DNA of 11,357 nucleotides, taken from a bacterium (GTDB lineage: Bacteria > Patescibacteriota > Patescibacteriia > UBA9934 > GWF2-40-263). A model generated the notes under the pieces. The model was not told the DNA's origin, ran no database searches, and was given only the letters and a program-made list of their open reading frames with translations. Positions 6,532 to 11,357 of the stretch are shown here, piece after piece. The stretch spans positions 1 to 11,357 of the forward strand of contig JAJYIV010000031.1 in the NCBI GenBank assembly GCA_021789915.1, written 5' to 3'. Every line of letters begins with the position of its first letter. Position 1 is the first letter of the stretch. Both the position numbers and the translations under genes were made by a program.

Positions 6532-6912
6532 CTATTCTTTTGACTCTTTTTCCCCCTCCTTTGTGAACTTGACGACGAATTTCGGCACGTAGCGGTTCTT
6601 GTACTGGTCCGTTACTTCGACGGTTTCGTCTTTCATCAGCAGATTGAACGCGAGGTCGGAGAGCAATTCCTCGTCGGCCTTCAGCTCGACCTCGACGTCC
6701 TGCAGCTTCTGGCTCTCCCCCGGCGCGCTCTCGCGCACCTGCGTCTCGATGGATTTTTTCTCGTCCTTGAATTTTTTCATCTCCTCGAGGAGCTCCTGAT
6801 AGCGTTCGTGATGCTCAAGCTCGTTTTTGAACCCGTCCTTGATCTCCTTGCGCTGTTTCTTGAGCAGCTGGATCTCGGCGTAAACTTCCTGGAGGCGTGT
6901 TTGGTCAGACAT
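6532..6912 (-). CDS. Small Lys/Glu-rich coiled-coil protein, 126 aa, unknown function
   Basis: ATG 6912..6910 (MSDQTRLQEVYAEIQLLKKQRKEIKDGF...) to TAG 6534..6532. The listed 217-aa ORF (6532..7185) is an artefactual extension that overlaps flotillin in another frame. The gene has markedly lower GC than its neighbours, with many AAA, GAA and TTT codons. Confidence 0.6.
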   Translation of the reverse strand: MSDQTRLQEVYAEIQLLKKQRKEIKDGFKNELEHHERYQELLEEMKKFKDEKKSIETQVRESAPGESQKLQDVEVELKADEELLSDLAFNLLMKDETVEVTDQYKNRYVPKFVVKFTKEGEKESKE

Positions 6913-6923
6913 AGGTACGGCGC

Positions 6924-6929
6924 ATTGTA
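6924..6929 (-). promoter_or_regulatory. Possible -10 box (TACAAT) 11 nt upstream of the 126-aa gene ATG; implies a near-leaderless mRNA
   Basis: rc of 6924-6929 is TACAAT. It lies immediately downstream of the flotillin terminator. No convincing -35 and no SD. Supported only by the hexamer match. Confidence 0.25.
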
Positions 6930-6933
6930 GCAC

Positions 6934-6979
6934 AAAGAAAAATCCCCCGAGGTCCCTGGAGAAAACCGGAACCTGGGGG
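6934..6979 (-). terminator. Rho-independent terminator after the flotillin gene
   Basis: Minus RNA: CCCCCAGGUUCCGGUUUUCUCCAGGGACCUCGGGGG followed by AUUUUUCUUUGUG. CCCCC/GGGGG and AGG/CCU pair, with a U-tract from plus 6935-6942. Confidence 0.55.
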
Positions 6980-6991
6980 TGGTGGCTACTC

Positions 6992-8845
6992 CTAGGCCTT
7001 GGGGGGCTCGGGAGCGGCCGACATCTGGCGCTGCAGCATGTTGGCGAGCAGGACGTCGGCGATCGTGCCGCCGTTGCCCTGGCCCGTTCCGCCGCCGACC
7101 ATGATCTGCGGCACGAGCTGCACCTTGTTCTCCGCGAGCGCGCGGCCGACCTCGATGACGGCGTAGTTCTGCGGGCCGATGGCATCCGTCTTCTTCTGGA
7201 TGACCTGCGCCTCGGCTTCGCCGACGGCCAGAACGCTCCTGCCCTTGGCCTCGCCGACCGCGACGAGCACGTGCGCGTCGGCGTCGGCCTGCGTCTTCTT
7301 CGCCTCGGCCTCGCCGGCCGCCTTGGCCTTGAGCGCGTTGCCCTCGCCCTCGGCCTTCTTCACGGCCGCGTTGGCCTGGAACTCGGCGATGGCGACGGTG
7401 CGTTCGGCGTCGACGACCTTCGACTGCGTGTCGGCGAGAGCCTTGGACTGCTCGAGCTTCTGCCGCTGCTCCTGCGCGTCTCGCTCGGTCTCGTAGGTCG
7501 TCTTCTGCTCCTGCGCGATCTTGCGGTCCGTCAGGGTCTTCATGAGCTCCTCCGGCGGGACGATGTCGCCGATCAGCGTGTCGACGGCGACGATGTTGTA
7601 GTCCTCGAGCGCCTTGGCGATGGCGGCCCGAGCCTCCCCCTGCCGCTCCTCGCGCTCCTTAAGGAAGGAGATGACGTCCGCACCCTGCGCGGCGTTCCGG
7701 AAGTAGTTGCCGATGGTAGGCTCGAGCACCTGGGTCACCAGGTTGGCCACGGTCCCGAAGCGCGCGATGACCTTGGGAGCGTCCGTGCGCGGGATGTGGA
7801 TGATCTGGCTCACGTCCAGGTTGTACCGGAAACCGTCGGACGAACGCACCGTGATGGTGGAGAGGCGCTCATCGAGCCTGTGCGCCTCCGACTTGCCCGT
7901 CGCCCAGTTGAGCACGACGTTGGCCGTGGGCACGCACTCCACCTTGTGGGTGCGAGGGTTGATGGGGTACTTGCCCGGGTCGAGCGGCTCGACGCAGACG
8001 CCCTTCTGCCCCTTCTTCACGAGGTTGCCGTGCTTGAAGGTGTCGCCCGTGACGTCCTGTCCCTCGTCGCCCACGTAGGCGATGACCACGCCGGCATGCG
8101 CGATAGGCACCTCCGTCATGTCCGCCTCCTCGATGGACACGAAGTCCGTATTGAGGAAGTAGCGGCCGGCCAGCATGACCTGCTCCTGCAAGCCCTTGAA
8201 GCCGCCGCCGTCCAGGAAGGCCTGGCCATCCTGAAACATGTTGTGGCCCGGAATCTCCTTGCCGGCGATCTCACCGGTGGGCAGCGGCTTGCCCTCCTTC
8301 GTCGTAACGATGCCGACCTTGCCCCTTCCGATCTCGACCGCGTCCCGCAGTTGGATCTTGAAGATCTTGGTGTTGATGCGGAAGGTACCGGGCGGAAGGA
8401 CGGGAATCTGGGACCCGCGCTCGCCGCCGTTCTGCAGGAAGGCACGCGCGTCTTGGAAGGAGCTGCACTCGACCTTCTTGCCGAATATGCGGCCGGAAGG
8501 CAACGGAATACCGTCCGCGGCGCTGATGATCCCGACGCAACCGTCCGGAATCACGACGAATCTCTCGATCGAGATGATGTATTGCCAGGGCCAGTAGCCC
8601 CAGTGCATGCCGGGCGCCAGCGTGTCCGCCTGGATGCCGGCTTCGCCGTTCAGCGCGATGATCTTGCCGTCGGGCAGCGCCTTGTACGCACCGAAGAGCA
8701 CGAACCTCTTATTCACGATGCCCAGCGAGTCCTGCGGGATCATCACGACCCCGAATAGCCGGAGGATCACCTTGTAGCCGATCAAGGCGAGCATGATGGG
8801 AACGACCCACCAAAACGCAAGTACGTGTTCCACGACTGACCTCAC
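6992..8845 (-). CDS. Flotillin-family SPFH/band-7 protein (YqiK/FloT-like), 617 aa, with N-terminal TM helix
   Basis: N-terminal hydrophobic VLAFWWVVPIMLALIGYKVILRLFGVV, then an SPFH core, then a flotillin Ala/Glu-rich region (KAKAAGEAEAKKTQADADAHVLVAVGEAKGRSVLAVGEAEAQV) and C-terminal MVGGGTGQG. The start codon at 8845..8843 is GTG. The alternative ATG at 8794 would cut the TM helix. Stop is TAG at 6994..6992. Confidence 0.88.
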   Translation of the reverse strand: MRSVVEHVLAFWWVVPIMLALIGYKVILRLFGVVMIPQDSLGIVNKRFVLFGAYKALPDGKIIALNGEAGIQADTLAPGMHWGYWPWQYIISIERFVVIPDGCVGIISAADGIPLPSGRIFGKKVECSSFQDARAFLQNGGERGSQIPVLPPGTFRINTKIFKIQLRDAVEIGRGKVGIVTTKEGKPLPTGEIAGKEIPGHNMFQDGQAFLDGGGFKGLQEQVMLAGRYFLNTDFVSIEEADMTEVPIAHAGVVIAYVGDEGQDVTGDTFKHGNLVKKGQKGVCVEPLDPGKYPINPRTHKVECVPTANVVLNWATGKSEAHRLDERLSTITVRSSDGFRYNLDVSQIIHIPRTDAPKVIARFGTVANLVTQVLEPTIGNYFRNAAQGADVISFLKEREERQGEARAAIAKALEDYNIVAVDTLIGDIVPPEELMKTLTDRKIAQEQKTTYETERDAQEQRQKLEQSKALADTQSKVVDAERTVAIAEFQANAAVKKAEGEGNALKAKAAGEAEAKKTQADADAHVLVAVGEAKGRSVLAVGEAEAQVIQKKTDAIGPQNYAVIEVGRALAENKVQLVPQIMVGGGTGQGNGGTIADVLLANMLQRQMSAAPEPPKA

Positions 8846-8850
8846 TTTTT

Positions 8851-8865
8851 GAGCGCTCAGCGCTC
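8851..8865. promoter_or_regulatory. Palindrome gAGCGCTcAGCGCTc (two copies of the self-complementary hexamer AGCGCT) 6 nt upstream of the flotillin GTG start
   Basis: Read directly from sequence. It is preceded on the plus strand by ttttt (8846-8850). It could be an operator, or part of the RBS-region structure. Confidence 0.3.
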
Positions 8866-8871
8866 ACGATG

Positions 8872-8905
8872 TGGGAAAAGAACGCTTCCGGACCCTCCGG
8901 AAGCG
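8872..8905 (-). terminator. Rho-independent terminator after cfa
   Basis: Perfect 10-bp stem cgcttccgga-ccc-tccggaagcg (8883-8905). On the minus RNA it is followed by UUCUUUUCCCAC (rc of 8871-8882). Confidence 0.65.
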
Positions 8906-8949
8906 AGCGAAGAATTACATATTCCCGACAGAATGTCAACGGAGGCGAA

Positions 8950-10098
8950 TCACCGCACCGGCGCATATCCGCCCGGCACGCCATCGGGGGACAGGACGAT
9001 CTGCCACAGATTGTTCTGCCGCGCGCGGAAGGAACCGGCGCACGACAACAGGTAAAAGCGCCACATGCGGAAAAACCGCTCGCCGTAATGCTCCTTGAGG
9101 GCGGGCCAGGCGCGCTCGAAGTTGGCGTCCCAGGCCATGAGCGTCCGATCGTAGTCGACGCCGAAGTTGTGCCAGTCCTCGAGCACGAAACGTCCTTCCG
9201 CGGCATGGGCGAGCTGCACGGCAGACGGGATCATGGAGTTCGGGAAGATGTATTTTTCGATCCACGGATCCGTCGAACGCACGGAACGGTTGCCGCCGAT
9301 GGTGTGCAGCAAAAAGAGCCCGCCGGGCTTAAGGCAGCGGCGCACGACGGCCATGTACGTGCCGTAATTCTTGTAGCCGACGTGCTCGATCATGCCGAGC
9401 GACACGACGTGGTCGAACGTTTCGCGCAGCTCGCGGTAATCCTGCAGGCGGATTTCCACCGGCAGCCCCGCCGCGCGTTCGTCCGCGAGCGCCTTCTGCT
9501 CGCGCGACACCGTCACGCCGACGACGTGCGCACCATACCGCTGCGCAGCGAAAATCGCGAAGCTCCCCCAGCCGCAGCCGATGTCCAGCACGCGCTGCCC
9601 CTCCTTCAAACCGATCTTGCGGCACACCAAATCCAGCTTGGCCTCCTGCGCCTCGTCGAGCGTCATGTCCCCGTGAGCCGAAAGATCGCCGTTTTGCAGG
9701 GGTCGCCAATAGGCACAGGTGTACGTCATGCGCGCATCCAGCATGGCGCGGTACAAATCGTTGCCGAGATCGTAATGCGCCTCGCCGACGCGGAAGGCGC
9801 GGCGCTTGTTCTGCCGGTTCGTCAGCGCGGCGAGCAGCCAATCGACCGCGAGCGCGGCGCTCGGCCGCAGCGCGCGGCGCACGTCCGTGCGCAGCAGGCG
9901 CGCGACCAGTTCGTCCAGCCGGTCGCAATCCCACCAGCCGTCCATGTACGACTCGCCAAAACCCAGCGTGCCGTCCGCAAGCACGCGCGCGTAAAACCGG
10001 TCGTCGCGCACCTGCGGATCCCAGGGATCCGAACCGTTCATTTGAACGCCGGCAGCGGACAGGACGTCGCGTATGGCTGGCGGAAAAGAAACGGGCAT
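8950..10098 (-). CDS. cfa: Cyclopropane-fatty-acyl-phospholipid synthase family SAM-dependent methyltransferase, 383 aa
   Basis: Carries the SAM-binding VLDIGCGWGSFAIFAAQRYGAHVVGVTVSREQ, plus VSLGMIEHVG and CLKPGGLFLLHTIGG, which are characteristic of the CFA synthase/mycolic acid cyclopropane synthase family. The probable start is ATG 10098..10096 (MPVSFPPAIRD...), with GGAGG upstream. The ORF-track start at 10182 would translate the structured IGR. Stop is TGA at 8952..8950. Confidence 0.88.
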   Translation of the reverse strand: MPVSFPPAIRDVLSAAGVQMNGSDPWDPQVRDDRFYARVLADGTLGFGESYMDGWWDCDRLDELVARLLRTDVRRALRPSAALAVDWLLAALTNRQNKRRAFRVGEAHYDLGNDLYRAMLDARMTYTCAYWRPLQNGDLSAHGDMTLDEAQEAKLDLVCRKIGLKEGQRVLDIGCGWGSFAIFAAQRYGAHVVGVTVSREQKALADERAAGLPVEIRLQDYRELRETFDHVVSLGMIEHVGYKNYGTYMAVVRRCLKPGGLFLLHTIGGNRSVRSTDPWIEKYIFPNSMIPSAVQLAHAAEGRFVLEDWHNFGVDYDRTLMAWDANFERAWPALKEHYGERFFRMWRFYLLSCAGSFRARQNNLWQIVLSPDGVPGGYAPVR

Positions 10099-10108
10099 AT
10101 CTTCTGAG

Positions 10109-10241
10109 GAAGCCTCCGAAAATGGATGGATTTTCGTTGAGCGGGACGGACGCCATCCGAGCCGTAGCAGCCCCGCCTGCATGCAGGCGGGGGTGGCGTC
10201 AGGGACCCGCGAGACGAAAAGACGCCATTTTCGGAGGCTTC
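10109..10241 (-). promoter_or_regulatory. Structured cfa leader: 17-nt anti-SD segment perfectly complementary to the cfa SD region, enclosing a 22-nt perfect palindromic GC hairpin
   Basis: Plus 10225-10241 (ccattttcggaggcttc) is the exact reverse complement of 10109-10125 (gaagcctccgaaaatgg). On the minus RNA, 5'-GAAGCCUCCGAAAAUGG (which overlaps the stop codon of the upstream gene) can pair with CCAUUUUCGGAGGCUUC, which contains the GGAGG SD 10-16 nt before the cfa AUG. Between them lies ccccgcctgcatgcaggcgggg (10171-10192). The gacgccat motif occurs twice (10149-10156 and 10221-10228), each imperfectly complementary (7/8) to gtggcgtc at 10194-10200. Confidence 0.45.
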
Positions 10242-11357
10242 TACTGATTCAAATCGTTGATGTCCGCCTGATACGTGTCCATGGTGGCCAACACCTCGTC
10301 GCCGTAGAAGCGGTAGCGCGTGTTCGTCGACCCGCTGAAGTAGCGCATCGCGGCGTCCCATTCGTCCTGCCGCGTGCCGCCCGCCGCCCCGTCGGCCGCG
10401 AGCTTCAGGCCCGCCGCGACGAAGGCGTCGCGGATGTCCCACGGATCCGGCACGGAACCGGTGACGGCCTGGACGCGCGGCATCCATCCGATCCACGTGG
10501 ACGGGATGAACTGCGCGGGCCCCATGGCGCCGCCCCAGCCGATCCGGTTGCCGTAGCGGTCGTGCATCGGGCAGGACACGGGCGTCACGTCCGTGTCGCG
10601 GCCGAGCTGCTGCGTGATCTGGACGAAAGGCTGCTGGTCGCGGTCGGGCTTCATCACGACGCGCCAGCTTTTGTCGGGCGGATCGCCGGGGCGGTTGCAC
10701 GTGCCGACGTTCTTCCCCAGGTTGGATTCCTGCGTCAGGATCGCCAGAAGGAACGCCGTCGGGACGCCGGTCTGCTGCGACACCCAGTTGGCCGCCTGCA
10801 CGGCCTGGCCGAAGGTGATCTGCGTCGACACGCCGAGCAGTTGATAGATGCGGCTGCGGATGTCCGCCGCCTGTTTGGTCGTGTCCGCCAGCTGGGCCTG
10901 GTACGCGCTTTCCTTGCCCTTGGTGGCGACGAGCAGGTCGTTCTGATCCTGCAGGTCGGACGCAAGCTGGGATTTCTGGAGCGTCTGGATGGACAGCAGC
11001 TGCTGCGCGTCGTCCTGTTCCTGCGCCAGCTTCTGCTGCTGCGCGTTGAGGTCGTCAGCCACTTTCTGCGCCTTGTCCAGCGTCGACGTGAGGCTCGACG
11101 AGAGCTCCGTGTCGCGTTCGACTTCCGTGAGCGCCGACGACAGGTTGCCCTGGTCGATCACGGCATACAGCCACTGCGGCTCCCGGTCGCGCTGGTCGAT
11201 GAGCGCCAGGATCTGCGACATCTGGTCGCGCAAGTCGCTTTGCGTGACGAGGTTCGCGGCGATGTCCTGCCGGGTCTGGTCCATCTGCGCCGCGACGTCG
11301 TCCAGTTTGGCGTTCGTCTCGCGGATTTGGAGGTTGAGCGACGCCTGCTTGACGGCC
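10241..11357 (-). CDS. Coiled-coil protein with C-terminal MltB-like (family 3) lytic transglycosylase domain; N-terminus lies outside the window
   Basis: The C-terminal domain has the catalytic-Glu motif AILTQESNLGKN and GAMGPAQFIPSTW, matching the ESxxG and GAMGQxQFMPS(T)W motifs of MltB/Slt35. The N-terminal >170 aa are Gln-rich heptad coiled coil. The reading frame stays open through 11357 (...AVKQASLNLQIRETNAKLDDVAAQMDQ...). Stop is TAG at 10243..10241. Confidence 0.75.
   Translation of the reverse strand, partial: AVKQASLNLQIRETNAKLDDVAAQMDQTRQDIAANLVTQSDLRDQMSQILALIDQRDREPQWLYAVIDQGNLSSALTEVERDTELSSSLTSTLDKAQKVADDLNAQQQKLAQEQDDAQQLLSIQTLQKSQLASDLQDQNDLLVATKGKESAYQAQLADTTKQAADIRSRIYQLLGVSTQITFGQAVQAANWVSQQTGVPTAFLLAILTQESNLGKNVGTCNRPGDPPDKSWRVVMKPDRDQQPFVQITQQLGRDTDVTPVSCPMHDRYGNRIGWGGAMGPAQFIPSTWIGWMPRVQAVTGSVPDPWDIRDAFVAAGLKLAADGAAGGTRQDEWDAAMRYFSGSTNTRYRFYGDEVLATMDTYQADINDLNQ

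Noticed and set aside
6532-7185. 217-aa minus ORF as listed
   Set aside because: Its N-terminal 90 aa overlap the flotillin 3' end in a different frame and are Ser/Arg/Cys/Pro-rich junk. The real gene starts at the internal ATG 6912 (126 aa).
7271-8758. 495-aa plus-strand ORF antisense to flotillin
   Set aside because: Leu/Arg/Gly/Asp-rich repetitive translation with no domains. Flotillin on the minus strand is unambiguous.
8934-8939. Perfect -35 hexamer TTGACA (minus strand) just after the cfa stop, as a flotillin promoter
   Set aside because: No acceptable -10 hexamer at 16-18-nt spacing; the best candidate is TAATTC. The cfa terminator would lie inside the resulting leader. It is recorded only as a weak possibility.
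8869-10107. 412-aa plus-strand ORF antisense to cfa
   Set aside because: Antisense artefact. The minus strand encodes a textbook CFA synthase.

Overview
All credible genes in this 11.4-kb, high-GC (~65-70%) bacterial window are on the minus strand. The long plus-strand ORFs look like antisense artefacts. Reading 5'->3' on the minus strand, the layout is as follows. 1) A truncated coiled-coil protein with a C-terminal MltB-like lytic transglycosylase domain (>11357..10241). 2) A structured intergenic RNA element. 3) Cyclopropane-fatty-acyl-phospholipid synthase (10098..8950), followed by an intrinsic terminator. 4) A flotillin/SPFH protein carrying an internal tandem duplication (8845..6992), followed by a terminator. 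5) A small Lys/Glu-rich coiled-coil protein with atypical low-GC codon usage (6912..6532). 6) A 14-bp perfect inverted repeat. 7) A 148-aa hypothetical protein (6276..5830), followed by a terminator. 8) A tightly packed three-gene operon. It encodes a TM0106-family nuclease (Cas4-like PD-(D/E)xK/Fe-S domain plus RNase-H-fold exonuclease domain; 5642..4140), a LOG-family nucleotide phosphoribohydrolase (4130..3378) and an MGDG-synthase-like lipid glycosyltransferase (3345..1987). 9) A large multi-pass membrane protein of unknown function (1865..294). 10) A HicB-like antitoxin-domain protein (250..5) whose stop overlaps the ATG of a downstream off-window gene (ATGA). Two intergenic regions carry hairpins built from tandem 7-9-nt repeats immediately upstream of start codons. 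The cfa leader carries a 17-nt anti-SD sequence that is perfectly complementary to its own SD region. The candidate worth follow-up is the nuclease-LOG-glycosyltransferase operon, an uncharacterised nuclease family coupled to a nucleotide N-glycosidase-family enzyme. The leader RNA structures are the second candidate. No rRNA, tRNA, CRISPR array or transposase was recognised.
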